DNA of 64,000 nucleotides from an uncultured virus (IMG/VR IMGVR_UViG_3300009151_000055) (IMGVR_UViG_3300009151_000055:1-64000); one strand, 5' to 3'; numbered from the stretch's first letter, positions 8,390 to 20,100 are shown. Notes: generated by a model not told the origin, from the letters alone. Made by a program: numbers and translations.

Positions 8390-8694
8390 TTTTTTAAATT
8401 TAAATAGAGTGTTATTAAATATTGAGCCACTAAACTTAACGCAACAAGGATGCCTATTGTCCAATTCACTTGTTTCTTAAATTCAGCATGGTTCAATTCT
8501 TTCTTCTCTAGAATTTCTATTTTCTGTTTTAACAATTCAATATCATTAATGAATCCACCTGTTTTGGTGAGAGAATTGCCTAATATAGCATCTACCACTT
8601 GCGTAAGTTTCTTAGTTATATTATCAATCTTTTCTTCCATCTCTTTTAGACGTAGATCCATTTTTGATAGTTCTGTGTTAAAATTGTTTTCCAT
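8386..8694 (-). CDS. coiled-coil protein with C-terminal TM helix (lysis cluster)
   Basis: Heptad pattern followed by WTIGILVALSLVAQYLITLYL. Confidence 0.6.
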   Translation of the reverse strand: MENNFNTELSKMDLRLKEMEEKIDNITKKLTQVVDAILGNSLTKTGGFINDIELLKQKIEILEKKELNHAEFKKQVNWTIGILVALSLVAQYLITLYLNLKK

Positions 8695-9107
8695 TATGCT
8701 TCTATAGATAATAGTTTATAAAATACTGGGTAGAATCCTTCTGAAGAAACATCTTTGAATTCTTCAATCTTAAATTCTTTGTGTTCTAGTTCTTTTTCAA
8801 TATTTAGAACAGGAAGAAACTCTTCTTGAAACTTTAACATGTTTGGATTGAGAATTTCTTCCCCTTGTTCATTCTTGATTTTAACATTAATGCTAAAGTT
8901 TCCATCTTTTTCTTCTCCGTATTTCTTTACCAACTCATTTTTAATATCGTTACAAGGAGTGGTTTCTGTTTTTACATTATTTAACAGAGAATTTAAATAA
9001 TACTTAGTGGTCATTGCTAATTTTTGAGCAAGGAGACAATGCTCTCCATTTGTTAATTCTTCTTCAAGAGCTAAGAAATCTGAAATAGTTAATGTACTTT
9101 TTTTCAT
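8694..9107 (-). CDS. hypothetical protein (DUF1617-like)
   Basis: LVKKYGEEKDG...F..EF..L motif seen in tail-adjacent phage genes. Confidence 0.55.
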   Translation of the reverse strand: MKKSTLTISDFLALEEELTNGEHCLLAQKLAMTTKYYLNSLLNNVKTETTPCNDIKNELVKKYGEEKDGNFSINVKIKNEQGEEILNPNMLKFQEEFLPVLNIEKELEHKEFKIEEFKDVSSEGFYPVFYKLLSIEA

Positions 9108-9122
9108 TGGTTTTATTTTTTA

Positions 9123-9130
9123 CAAATATA
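9123..9130 (-). promoter_or_regulatory. Bacteroidota -7 promoter element
   Basis: TATATTTG on the minus strand (TAnnTTTG) in the gap upstream of 8694..9107 and the lysis cluster; no clear -33. Confidence 0.5.
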
Positions 9131-9136
9131 AAGAAT

Positions 9137-9463
9137 TTAATTTAAGTTTGGAGCACCTAATGTAGCAGATTGAACACCGCCTCCACCATTATCCACTACG
9201 TCATCATCCATAGATTCTGGAACAATCACCACATTTAAATGTGATGCTACAATGTCATCGATATATGAATTATCTACTCCCCACGCTGTAAATTCTGCCT
9301 CAGTGAGATAATAATTGCCTTCAATTACTTTTACATTATCGTCTGTCAATAAAGCATAATAAGTGCCACATGTTTTTGCATTAGTTGCAAATCCTAAAAC
9401 TGTCACTGAAAGTTTTGTTGCCGTGCCAACAATTGGAAAAACTACGGGTTGAATGTTTACCAT
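9137..9463 (-). CDS. tail-fibre-associated protein/chaperone
   Basis: Directly downstream of the tail fibre; GNYYLT...F.AWG.DNSYI. Confidence 0.5.
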   Translation of the reverse strand: MVNIQPVVFPIVGTATKLSVTVLGFATNAKTCGTYYALLTDDNVKVIEGNYYLTEAEFTAWGVDNSYIDDIVASHLNVVIVPESMDDDVVDNGGGGVQSATLGAPNLN

Positions 9464-9482
9464 TTTATTTTAATATTTAAAT

Positions 9483-10877
9483 TTATACTACAGGATTTAA
9501 TAATGCTAACCAATATTGAACACCATTTACCCAAATAGGAAGGTGATTTCCGCTTGTTGTATGTACACCAGTACCAACTGTCGTTATCCATTCTTGTTGT
9601 CCAGCTACTACTAATTTTCGACCGTTATTTGCTGTTGTACCTATTAATACATTTTTATTACTTGTAATTGTTAATACTGGTGAAACAAAATCAACATTAA
9701 ATTTATGTCCTTCAGATGCAAAATAATTCGAATTCGTAGAACCATAATTAACATAATTTGATGTATTTATTGCTAACCACAAATTATTAGTTTTACCTAA
9801 TTCATACGTATTGTTTGCACTAGGGTATATATCGCCTGCAACAGTCATTAATCCAGCACTTGGAGTAGTTGTACCTATCAACACTTTTGATGCAAAATAA
9901 TTATAATTATTTGCTCCAGCTTGAGAAATTCCACCATTCACTTGTAATGTTGAACCTGTTCCATCATCTGTTGTTCTGTTGATTAAAAAAGTACCACTAT
10001 CTAACAATTTCATAGCAGTTCCAGTTGAAGTGTTGAATAGCATAAATCCATTAGTAGAAGGTATTTTATGAACTACATTTAAACCGTCTGCTCTTACAAA
10101 ATAATTATCAGTATTTGTTATAAAATCACCATAACCACCATATAAAGTTGCTGAACCAATATAATTTAAAACGGCAAAGCTTGGTCCTCCTAATCTACTT
10201 ATAAAACCACCATCAACTTGTAACTTATATCCTGTGTTTATTTCTGATGTTCCACTTCCAATTAAAACATTGCCTGTTGAATCAAAAATGGTCATCGTTC
10301 TTGTTCCATAATCGCTTTTGGCAAATTGTATATTACCACCAGCATATCCCATGTAAGTATTACTTAATGTAAAAGTTGTTGCATTTAAAAATGAAGAAAT
10401 ATTATTAGGCGTACTTATATTACCATTCACTTGCAACTTAGCTCCAGATCCATCATCTGTTGTCCTGTTAATCCATAATGAACCATTATTATTTACCCTC
10501 ATTATTTCTCCATAAGGAGATATGTTTGAGTAAAATGGCATATAAGCTATTGTGTTTGCATAAAACCCATTCACTCTAATACTGCTGCCATAAAATTCAT
10601 TAACTGCAATAACATATGTAGCTGTAACATTACCATTAACATCTAATTTTTGAGAAGGTGTTGTAGTGCCTATTCCTATATTACCTGTAGAGGATTGATA
10701 AATAACACTATTGTTCAATGATGAAGAAGATGTCCACTTAGGAATGTAATTTGTTGTACCAGATCCTGTAATAGACCCTCCACCATTTGTACCTGTTACA
10801 TTTATTAGCCTTGTTATTTGTTGAGAGATTTGATAGAGGAGATTACTCTCATTGCTCCATCCTATTTGTTTTGGCAT
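9483..10877 (-). CDS. tail fibre / receptor-binding protein
   Basis: GSGTTNYIPKW, GNIGIGTTTP..KLDVNG and repeated INRTTDDG.G..LQVNG beta repeats. Confidence 0.8.
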   Translation of the reverse strand: MPKQIGWSNESNLLYQISQQITRLINVTGTNGGGSITGSGTTNYIPKWTSSSSLNNSVIYQSSTGNIGIGTTTPSQKLDVNGNVTATYVIAVNEFYGSSIRVNGFYANTIAYMPFYSNISPYGEIMRVNNNGSLWINRTTDDGSGAKLQVNGNISTPNNISSFLNATTFTLSNTYMGYAGGNIQFAKSDYGTRTMTIFDSTGNVLIGSGTSEINTGYKLQVDGGFISRLGGPSFAVLNYIGSATLYGGYGDFITNTDNYFVRADGLNVVHKIPSTNGFMLFNTSTGTAMKLLDSGTFLINRTTDDGTGSTLQVNGGISQAGANNYNYFASKVLIGTTTPSAGLMTVAGDIYPSANNTYELGKTNNLWLAINTSNYVNYGSTNSNYFASEGHKFNVDFVSPVLTITSNKNVLIGTTANNGRKLVVAGQQEWITTVGTGVHTTSGNHLPIWVNGVQYWLALLNPVV

Positions 10878-10889
10878 TTTGTTTTGTTT

Positions 10890-11651
10890 TTAATAAACCA
10901 CTTTTAAAAATTCTCCTGTTCTATAGAAAGCTCCAGCTAATAGTCCTGCTGATAAAGCTGCTGCGTTTGATGCATATTCTACAATTCCACTCACCCGTAT
11001 GTTTCCGTTCAAATCAAATTTATAATTTCCATTTGTTGTTTTACCAATCAGAAAATTTCCTGCATTGAAATATGTAAATCCACCAAGTGTATTAGAATTA
11101 ATCCAAGTATTTAATGTAGGAGCTGAAGAACCAATTTTCTCATAGAATTTTATAGTGGGAGCAGTGTTATTTGATCCTCCATCTATTTCTATTCTATTAC
11201 CAGCATTGCCAAAATATCCTATTTTTAATAATCCTGCATCTAGAAAGTTTTGAAATTCAAATTGACTTCCTAAAAAAGAAGCTCCACTATTTATTTTAAA
11301 TATTGTAGAACCACTAGGGAGCACTTTATTAATAGTGAGAATGTTATTTAAAATAGAAACTCCACTAATTGTAGCTGCACTAGTGATTGTTACAGTGGTG
11401 CCATCATCTGTTATGTTAGAATTTGTCAGGTTGGTGGAAGCTGCCCATTTAGCTATTCTATTCGCTGTTCCTGAACCTTGTAATGTGCTGTTTGCTAATA
11501 CAGATTGTATTTTTGCATCTATCTTCTGGAGAGAAGTTTGTATTGTATCATTAGTGTTAACACCTATGTATAATAAATTCTGTCCTGTATAAAATACACA
11601 AGAAGAATCTATTATATCTGGACAACCAATATTACCACAATTAATGTTCAT
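10890..11651 (-). CDS. tail fibre-like protein with Cys-rich N-terminal adaptor
   Basis: CPDIIDSSCVFYTG...LQKID; GSGTANRIAKW; YASNAAALSAGL..G.FYRTG C-terminus. Confidence 0.7.
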   Translation of the reverse strand: MNINCGNIGCPDIIDSSCVFYTGQNLLYIGVNTNDTIQTSLQKIDAKIQSVLANSTLQGSGTANRIAKWAASTNLTNSNITDDGTTVTITSAATISGVSILNNILTINKVLPSGSTIFKINSGASFLGSQFEFQNFLDAGLLKIGYFGNAGNRIEIDGGSNNTAPTIKFYEKIGSSAPTLNTWINSNTLGGFTYFNAGNFLIGKTTNGNYKFDLNGNIRVSGIVEYASNAAALSAGLLAGAFYRTGEFLKVVY

Positions 11652-11658
11652 AAGAATA

Positions 11659-11687
11659 CAAAAATAGTTATTTATAGAGAATTACAA
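11659..11687 (-). promoter_or_regulatory. Bacteroidota-type promoter
   Basis: TTG-N18-TATTTTTG on the minus strand, 7 nt before the ATG at 11651. Confidence 0.5.
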
Positions 11688-11719
11688 TGTCTGTCTAAAA
11701 TCTATACAAGATAATATGG

Positions 11720-14700
11720 CTATCTAATTGTGTTTTCTTTCTGTATTGTAACATCAAACTCTTCAGCAAAATCAGAATTTAATACAGAAAGCCATGTAAA
11801 TGCAGCTTTTGATACAGGAAACATTTTCATAAGATATTTGATTGGTTGTGCTTTCTTTCTCACCTTCTCTGAAGAACTGTCTAGATGAGATACATCAATT
11901 CCTGTAATTTCCATTATGAAGTTTGTTATAAATCTTTCAAAGTCTGAAATCAACCCTAATGCAGGAAACATTGACCCGCTGAATAATTTTTCATAATTCA
12001 TTGGGTTATAGAAGAAACTCAACTCATCTGTAAATTTATTAATAACTTTTTGTGCAAGTCTGAATGCATTTTTAGAAGCTTTATCATCATCATCGTCTGG
12101 AGCAATAAATCCAAAAGAGAACATAATTCCTAATAGAATAGCTAGTGTTAATAATTCTTTTAACTGATTTCTTAGATTTTTTCTCACTAAATCTACAAAA
12201 TCATCTTTTGTCATATTCAACACTTGTCCTGTTCTATCCTCATATTCTTTTCTATATTTTTCAAATAGTTCATTTATTGTTTCTACTCCTTTGTCATTCA
12301 TTGCAATAATGTTACTTACATTTGCAGACCTATCTCTAATAGAAGTTCCTAATACAGTGAGAAGAAGTCTAATTCTTCCTACATCATATCTATCTCCTTC
12401 AGAAACACCATCGTCATTTATTCTTACATTAAAATCATCACTCACTCTTTTAAATTCAGAAAACCGTGTATCTGTTAATTTAGGAATCCAATTATGAAAT
12501 AACATCATGCTACTTGTCCACAAATTCATTCCTGCCAAATTAACATTTTCTCCAGAAACTCCTCCTAAAGCATTTGATACAGTGCGTTTAGTTAATGTTG
12601 TAAGTCTTTGTATTTCTAATAGATTGGTTAAATCAAGTCCTGGTATTTCTAATTTACCATTTACAAGTTTTTTTGTTGCTGTTATAGACCTTGTTTCTTT
12701 TAATAGTTCCACTTCTTTCTTAATAGCTTCATTTGCAGCTTTCCATTCTGTAGAAGAATTTGATCTATTTGGATATTTAGCTTTTACATAATCTTGTATG
12801 TTTACAATTTCTCCATTCTCTACCATTGCATTGTCTAATAAAGATAGAAATACACTTTCTTCTAACACTTGCTCAGGAAATCTCATAGTGATCATTAACT
12901 TGTCTCCAAGATTGTCTCTTGTAAGACTACTCATTCCTGCTTTTTTATACATCTCATAAATAGGACTATCTTTCAAAGGCATGAACGTGTTGATTAATTG
13001 AACAAACATTTCTTTATCTGCTTCGCTTTCAAACTTCTGTTTTAATGATTTTCCTAAATTCTTTCTAAGTTCATTTTTATTAAAATAGGCTCCTGATTGT
13101 GTGAGAATTTGTACAACACCTCCAAAAAAGTTACTTGCCCCAGGAACAATTTCTAAAGCTAAAGTTTTTACTTGAAATCCTCTATTTGCAGCTTCCATCA
13201 CTTTCATCAATGATGTAGCTTTTGGGTTTTCATCTTTCTTAAACACTTCTTTTCCTACAAGAGAATTTATTGCATCTTTAACACCATTCAACACTTTACC
13301 AACGTTTAATGGAATATCTGAATCAGATAGTGGATATTTTTGTTCATACAATAAAACTTTAAGAAAGTTTTCATAAAGTTTTGTATTTTCTGAATTCTCA
13401 ACATCTATCACTTTAGGCTTACCGTTTTCTATCACTACGTTCCCAAACCTATCAGTTTGAATGTGTCCTTTAAATTCTTCTATTTCTCGTACAAGTCGTA
13501 ACTGTTCTTCTACTTCTGATAGATGTTTATACTTATTCACTTGCTGAAGATACACTATCATATTTTTAAAAATATCTTCACTCACTTCAGAAAAGTTATT
13601 CACGCCTTCGTCATTTCTTGTAAAATCATATGTGTAATATTTAGGAATTGAATTCTCTAACTTTCCTGAAAACTCATCGTATTCTCCATACCCTACGTCT
13701 CCTGGTCTTAACGTAAGAGAATCGTTCCATTTTTGTATAGCTGATAAAGGACTATCCCAAGCAAGAGCTTCAGCCATTCCCTTTCTTATAAATGGTAGAA
13801 ATGAAGTGGCTGCTGTATTTATGTATCCAGCATCTTTTGCTTTATTGTTTATTTTTATAATAAATTCATACAACGCTTTTAAATCTTCATCAGCTTGTAT
13901 TTCTAAATATTCTTTTGTTATCCATTTATTTGCTGGAGAACCTTTAACTATCCAATTGTTCCATCCATAGAAATTTGGATTGTCTATATCATAAAGTTTT
14001 TCTACAGCCTCCACTCTTTTTTGTTTTTCTTTACTGTCTTTAGCATCGTCATAGCTCCAACGCTCTTCCATTATTTTTTTCACCTGTTTGTCAATAATCT
14101 CTTTAGCTTTCTTTCTATATACATCTATGTCTATGTTATTTAATAGTTTTTCTCTATCTCCTCCTTTTGCAGCCAATTCATCTATAACACTATAGAACTC
14201 AGGAGAATGTTTAGAAATTAACTTATTAACCACTTCGTTCTTTTCATTCTTTCTATAGATTTTCTTTACAAAAGATCTAACATCTCCACCTCTATCAACA
14301 ATCTTCTTTCTTATTTTCATCAACTCTTCCACTTCATCGAAAGACTCTTTTGCTGCAATTTCTTTGGCAGAAGAAGTTAATTTTACTAAAACTCTAATTG
14401 CTGCATTAGGAAGGTCTGAAGCTCCTCTGAAGAAAGCTCCTAGTCCTTTTAATACAGCTTCTGCACTAGGAAGTCCTGTTATAAGATTTCGTATTCCTAT
14501 TTGTTTATCTGCAAACACAATACTCTCATCTCTAATATCATCTCTCATGTTTGCAATGTCCTGAGATTGTTTCTTTAGTGTATCTGCTAATTGTTTTCTT
14601 TCTGTTGCATTTTTTTTCTCTTCTGGAGAAACAGCTTTTTCCAACATCCCTTCTTCATAAATCAGTTGTGACAATTGTCTTCCTGTTTCTGTAAAAATAT

Positions 14701-17140
14701 TAGAAGCATTGTAAAATAACCTCATCCTTTCTGAAAAATCATTTATTTCACTTCTTGAGACAGAAGTGTCTGTAGGAGATAGATTTTTATATTTACTGTT
14801 GTAATCATTTAACAACTTTTCTCCTTCTATTCTAATCTTTTCAATTACATCAATTATTGGAACTAAGTTATTGGTTGCTTGTGCCACCTTTATAGCCTTT
14901 CTTAATATCTCTAACGTTTCAATTTTAAACTGTTTATCATCTTCAGAAGTCACTTCTTTTTTTGAATAGCTAGACATCAAAGCATTCATATTGCTTATGA
15001 GCTTGTCTAATTTAGAATATCCTGTAGATTCTGTTTTTTCAGAAATAGGCATTAATTTAATGTCTTCTATTTTTCTAGAATCAGCACTACCAATACCAAT
15101 TCCTTTTAGTTTCAAATCTGATTTAACATCTCTTGGGTTGGAGAGAGTGAATTCCATAGAGATAGGAATTGCTCTAATCATTCCAAATTCTTTTATTCCA
15201 TAAACATCACGAAGCATTTGTTTATATCTTCCTAATTGTATATCGAATGCACCATTTTTATACCAAGCAACATCATCTCCTTTAATATTCATAAACTTCC
15301 AATCAAGGATGTGTCCTTTTCCATTAGAGTCTATTGCTAGAAAATCTATTGTTCCTGCTTCTTTTTCTTTAGGGTCATAAACCTTCACCTCAGAGAAGAC
15401 AAGAGGAACAACACCATTGTTTTGTTTTTTTAAAAGCTTTATTAAATCTATGTAATATTCTTCAAGCTTTAAATAAATATCTTCGCTTTCTACATTGAAT
15501 TTAGAAGGTCTTGGAGAAGCTGTTGTTTTTTGTGTACCATCTTTATGAAAAAATCTAGAATGAATTTCTTCTAAATCATTGTGTCCTTTGACACCATAGT
15601 CTCTTAACATATTGTTATACTTCTTCTCTGCTTCACTAAACACCTTTGTTCCAAACTTCTTCTTATACCAAGCCTTCACTCTGTCTGTCACTCTCTTCAC
15701 CACTCTCTCATCTACACCGCTTGTATTTTTCATATTGTAGAAATTACTAGCGTCTTCAGAGTCTAAAAACATTGGATCTACAGAAGCAGTTTCTACAACT
15801 TTTGTTATTCTGTCTTGGTCTATTAATAGTCTTTCTTGTACAGCTTTTTGTTTATCTGACACTGTTTGCAAATATATGCCTGTCAAACCTTTATCTTTTG
15901 CAAGTCCTTCAATGTTTCCTTCTAACACTGTTTCTCCTATTTGTTCAAATATGTTTATGTTTGAACCCTTCACTTTAGAGAATATTTTATCTATAATTCT
16001 ATTCCATAGTTTTCTTACAAATGAAACATTTTCTTCTTGCATTAATTCTGGAAATTCTGTAGAGCCTTCTGATTTGTTTATTATCACTTCCACAATTAGT
16101 TTGTCTACAGCTTCTTTCTTTATTTTGCGTATGTCAGGTTTTCCGTTAGGAAGTTGATAGTGCTTGTTATCTTTATATGCGTCTAATGTTTTTTTGTATA
16201 TTTTGAATCTATCAATCTTAGAAATAGCTTCTGTAATTAATGTTGGATTGGTTTGCTCTATCATTGCTGTAGCAATGTGCACCATTTCTTCTGTAAGAGC
16301 AACGTCTTCTTTTCCATCAGCAATTGCTACAATTGATTTCACTAAGTCTGCCAATCCATTTATAGAAGATGTTTTAACATCAGGATTGTTTTTTGCATAT
16401 TCAGAAAGACTCTGAATGCTCACTCCTATTTTCTTAGCAAGCTCTTTTATTTTGTTTAATGTTTGAGTGGAAGCTTTTGAGCTTTTAGGTCCTTCCTCTA
16501 ATTGAAGAAGAGGAGCTGTTTCTTTTTTATTAACAAACTCTTTAAATCCTTCTATGTCTTGTTTATTTCCTAATATGTGTATTTGTTCTGGTTCAAGAAC
16601 GCCAATTTCTTTTGATTCATTTGTACCTACAAAACCATCATTATCTTTTAATTCTGTTTTAGATATATCACCAAAACTTTTAGTTAAATCAATGAGTGGG
16701 TTTTTAATATTTAGAATAGCTGATACATAAGCTGAACCATATGCACCAGTAACAGGAGAACCATACATTTCTGTATCTTCATCATAACTATTATTATCTG
16801 TAAAATAAATACCTCCTGTAGTTGCATAATCTCTTTTCTGATAACCTTTTTCTCCAGGTTTTAAAAATCTTCCTTTTTGTTCTATTCCTTTTTTTCCATC
16901 ATAAGAAGTCATATGATATAAAACTTCTTTTACTTTACTATCAGGAAATATACTATCTAAGTATTGAGAATATTGTTCTTGTGTTCCTATATTAGCCAAC
17001 TCAGGAGAGGAATTGAATAATTCTTCCACTCCTGGTTTAATTTCTTTCTCACTTAATTCCATCTCAGCTAATAATGGATTGCCACCATTTCTTTCTAACG
17101 CTGCTTTAAATTCTGGGGTGTTGGGATTTATACATGCCAT
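11720..17140 (-). CDS. large virion polyvalent protein: ART-like module, degenerate zincin, PD-(D/E)xK nuclease, C-terminal TM
   Basis: VLYH...GIYFTD...AYG...LNIKNP...EPEQIHILG; EEMVH; AGTIDFLAID...ILDWKF...QL..Y; hydrophobic LAILLGIMFSFGF; follows the RNAP gene as in crAss-like phages. Confidence 0.75.
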   Translation of the reverse strand: MACINPNTPEFKAALERNGGNPLLAEMELSEKEIKPGVEELFNSSPELANIGTQEQYSQYLDSIFPDSKVKEVLYHMTSYDGKKGIEQKGRFLKPGEKGYQKRDYATTGGIYFTDNNSYDEDTEMYGSPVTGAYGSAYVSAILNIKNPLIDLTKSFGDISKTELKDNDGFVGTNESKEIGVLEPEQIHILGNKQDIEGFKEFVNKKETAPLLQLEEGPKSSKASTQTLNKIKELAKKIGVSIQSLSEYAKNNPDVKTSSINGLADLVKSIVAIADGKEDVALTEEMVHIATAMIEQTNPTLITEAISKIDRFKIYKKTLDAYKDNKHYQLPNGKPDIRKIKKEAVDKLIVEVIINKSEGSTEFPELMQEENVSFVRKLWNRIIDKIFSKVKGSNINIFEQIGETVLEGNIEGLAKDKGLTGIYLQTVSDKQKAVQERLLIDQDRITKVVETASVDPMFLDSEDASNFYNMKNTSGVDERVVKRVTDRVKAWYKKKFGTKVFSEAEKKYNNMLRDYGVKGHNDLEEIHSRFFHKDGTQKTTASPRPSKFNVESEDIYLKLEEYYIDLIKLLKKQNNGVVPLVFSEVKVYDPKEKEAGTIDFLAIDSNGKGHILDWKFMNIKGDDVAWYKNGAFDIQLGRYKQMLRDVYGIKEFGMIRAIPISMEFTLSNPRDVKSDLKLKGIGIGSADSRKIEDIKLMPISEKTESTGYSKLDKLISNMNALMSSYSKKEVTSEDDKQFKIETLEILRKAIKVAQATNNLVPIIDVIEKIRIEGEKLLNDYNSKYKNLSPTDTSVSRSEINDFSERMRLFYNASNIFTETGRQLSQLIYEEGMLEKAVSPEEKKNATERKQLADTLKKQSQDIANMRDDIRDESIVFADKQIGIRNLITGLPSAEAVLKGLGAFFRGASDLPNAAIRVLVKLTSSAKEIAAKESFDEVEELMKIRKKIVDRGGDVRSFVKKIYRKNEKNEVVNKLISKHSPEFYSVIDELAAKGGDREKLLNNIDIDVYRKKAKEIIDKQVKKIMEERWSYDDAKDSKEKQKRVEAVEKLYDIDNPNFYGWNNWIVKGSPANKWITKEYLEIQADEDLKALYEFIIKINNKAKDAGYINTAATSFLPFIRKGMAEALAWDSPLSAIQKWNDSLTLRPGDVGYGEYDEFSGKLENSIPKYYTYDFTRNDEGVNNFSEVSEDIFKNMIVYLQQVNKYKHLSEVEEQLRLVREIEEFKGHIQTDRFGNVVIENGKPKVIDVENSENTKLYENFLKVLLYEQKYPLSDSDIPLNVGKVLNGVKDAINSLVGKEVFKKDENPKATSLMKVMEAANRGFQVKTLALEIVPGASNFFGGVVQILTQSGAYFNKNELRKNLGKSLKQKFESEADKEMFVQLINTFMPLKDSPIYEMYKKAGMSSLTRDNLGDKLMITMRFPEQVLEESVFLSLLDNAMVENGEIVNIQDYVKAKYPNRSNSSTEWKAANEAIKKEVELLKETRSITATKKLVNGKLEIPGLDLTNLLEIQRLTTLTKRTVSNALGGVSGENVNLAGMNLWTSSMMLFHNWIPKLTDTRFSEFKRVSDDFNVRINDDGVSEGDRYDVGRIRLLLTVLGTSIRDRSANVSNIIAMNDKGVETINELFEKYRKEYEDRTGQVLNMTKDDFVDLVRKNLRNQLKELLTLAILLGIMFSFGFIAPDDDDDKASKNAFRLAQKVINKFTDELSFFYNPMNYEKLFSGSMFPALGLISDFERFITNFIMEITGIDVSHLDSSSEKVRKKAQPIKYLMKMFPVSKAAFTWLSVLNSDFAEEFDVTIQKENTIR

Positions 17141-17141
17141 A

Positions 17142-20100
17142 TTAGTAACATTCTTTTAATTTGTTGATTTTCTTTTGTGTGTCTATCTGAAGAGCATAAT
17201 TAATATAATACTTAGATTGCTCTTTTGTCATGTTGTGCTTCTTGCCAAAGTTAGTTAATATTTCTTGTTTTCTTTCATCAGAGAAGTCTGTTAATCCATC
17301 AAACATTGTATCTTCTGTAGAAACGTTGCCTGTGAAATAACTAATAATATCAGCATCACTCACTTCTCTTGTTTTTTCAAAACCGTTATCAATAATAGAC
17401 ATCCTTGGAACATCATAGAATTCATTTGCTCTGAAAGAATCTCCCCAAGCATTTATCATCTTGTAAACAAACTTGTTACCCTTGTCTCCCTTTTTTTCAT
17501 CCAATAGCATGTAAGGTTCGTTGGGAGCAAGATAAACCTTTTTGAACAGTCCTTTAGATAGGTATGAAAAATCTGCTTTTCTCTTCATTTCTTTTTGTTT
17601 CTTTCTTCCTAATGCTATTCTTTGAAATTCATCAGGATTGGCTTTTAACTCTTCTTCAGTGAGTAGGTCTACTAATGGTTTTTCCCAAGAATATGAAACT
17701 ATGTCTAAATGAGCATCTTGTGTTAATGTTGAAAGAGCTATAACATCAGGAATAATATTGTTTTTAATTGCGTTTGCTACGTCCTTGTAATAATCGTTAT
17801 ATCTCAAATTATCATTTATGTAATTAAAACTTTGAAAAGACTCGTTAAATACCCATTTTGCTTTCTTTTTAGGAACAATTTCTGAATTATTCCAATTGTT
17901 TCTTTGGAAAACATCAAGATTTTTAAACATATTTACATCGCTGCTGAATGGTAATTTAGAAATTGTTGTTGCATATAATTTCTTGAAATCATCATAAGGA
18001 ATTAGTGATGTAAATGATATTGGAGAATTCAATGTCCCTGATTGTAACACTGATAGTTTTACAAAATCATCATAAGAAGGAAGTCCTTTTCTTCCTGCAT
18101 TACTGTTTAGGTATTCTTTAATTTCTGCAAAAGAATAAATCATCTGGTTTTGGTTATACACTTTATTATCCTTCACCTTAATTTTAAGATTGTTAGGCTT
18201 ATTGTCTTTATCTGCAACATTTGATAATAATAATTCTATCACTTGATTATTGTGCAAAGGGTGTAAAGGGTTAGCTTTTACACTATTTGCAAATTCTTGC
18301 ATTTGGTAAGCTGTTCCTTTTTTAGAAAGAAGAATTCTATTTATTTCTGAATTTAGTTTCTCATCTCCCACTTGCACTGCCCAATCAAATAAATTACTTA
18401 CAAGTTTTTGAGCAAGTTGTGTAAAGTCTCTATCATCCATTTTAATGTATGGAAGAAGAATGTTTTCTGTTACATTCCTCATCAATCCTTGTTTATCAGA
18501 AATTAATATCTCACCAAAAGCATCTCTCAATTTCTTCATTGTATCTAATAAGTTTCCTAAGAATGAACTTTCTAAAACATCATCTACAGAACTTATTATA
18601 GAATTTTGAGCTTTCTTCACTTGTTCTATTTTCTTGAATACAAGAATAGGATCGTTAATTGTTGCTGTATCAAAGTTTGTTGCTTGTGTAACATTAAACA
18701 ATTGATCTGCCATCTTTGCATATTTTAAAAACTCATCAAGTATATATTTCTGTTCTGTTTTTTCTTGAGCAGATAATGTTTTCTTACCTATTGTTTCAAG
18801 TAACGTTGTGTCGCTAGGTATTTGAGAAATAGGAGTGACGTTTGCATCTTTAGAAACTATATATTTTTCTGAAGATTTTATTTCTTCAATTAGTTTATCA
18901 ACAAACAACCAAGAAAATCCTTCAGTTTCCATCAATTTCAAATAGTCACGAATGATGGGTTGGTTTATAAAATATGCAATGGTCTTGATAGGCACCCCTG
19001 CTCTCACAAGAAACAAGAATGTGGGAGCAACATTTGGTGTGGCACCAAGTTCCATAATCCATGGACCATTAGCAATATCCACATATCCATCAATAAACAT
19101 TCCTATAGTATCTGTAATGAATTTTCCAGCTTGGTCTTTTATCATAGACAAAGTGGTTAGTATTTGTCCATCTTTTTTCACTGTATTAAAGTTGGGATCA
19201 CCATTCTCTTTAAAGAAATTAAGTTTACCATCACCAACAAACGCTTGATCTTCTTTGTCTAAGTTCTTTATATTAAGTTCATTTAAATATATAAATGCTT
19301 TTTGAAATAATGAGTGACCTGTTTGTGTTGTTGCTGCAACACCTATTGCTTTTTTTCCTGTTACAAAGGCATGTCTGATTCTTGACATAAATCTTCTATC
19401 TAACAAGTTTGATGTTTTTGTATAATCAAATGCACCAAGTCCAAGTTTGTTAACAATTTCTATTGACAAATCTTGTAGTTCTTTTGCTGAGTTGGGAGAT
19501 GTTAATTTTTCATAGTTTAAAGGATGAGAAGTTAGTACTTCTAGAGAAGATATGTATGCGTTTTCTAAAGCTTCTATATTGTTTTGTTCATATTTAGATA
19601 GTTTTTTAAAATCTTCAAATGTATACAAACCATCAATGTTCGCAATTTCTTCAGCAGCTTCAAGACTTATTTGAGACTTAATGTTTTTATAAATATCAAA
19701 AGATTCTTCAAATTCAGCTGATCTATCTACTCTAAGAGCTTCACTTAATACTTTTTTATTCTTTCTAAAATTATCAAGAGCTTCTTTTTTTATTCTATTA
19801 ATAATTTCATTTGTTTCTCCTATCACTCTGAGTTCTTCAGAATAAATTTTTTCTAATCCTTCAAGTTTTATAATATCATCTTCTATTGTAGTTTCATCTT
19901 CTAATAAAGCAATTGTGAGAGAAAGATATCTTTTAATCTCATCAGGACCTTTAATGTTTCTACTTCTAATAAAATCTCTTACTTCCCAAAAAGGTCCTCT
20001 AGTTTCATCTGACATTCTCCAGAAAACCTTTTTCCCCATATCAAATAATTCTTGAAGATATGCTTCTTGGTCAAATATTTCATATTCTATATTAGATTTT

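Noticed and set aside
9935..10480. Repeat pair in the tail fibre (INRTTDDG..LQVNG) as a DGR template/variable repeat
   Set aside because: Short in-frame protein repeats within one gene; no reverse transcriptase in the window
11712..11720. TAATATGGC 9-mer also present near 62249, both just after stop codons
   Set aside because: Only two short copies with no further flanking similarity; could be chance
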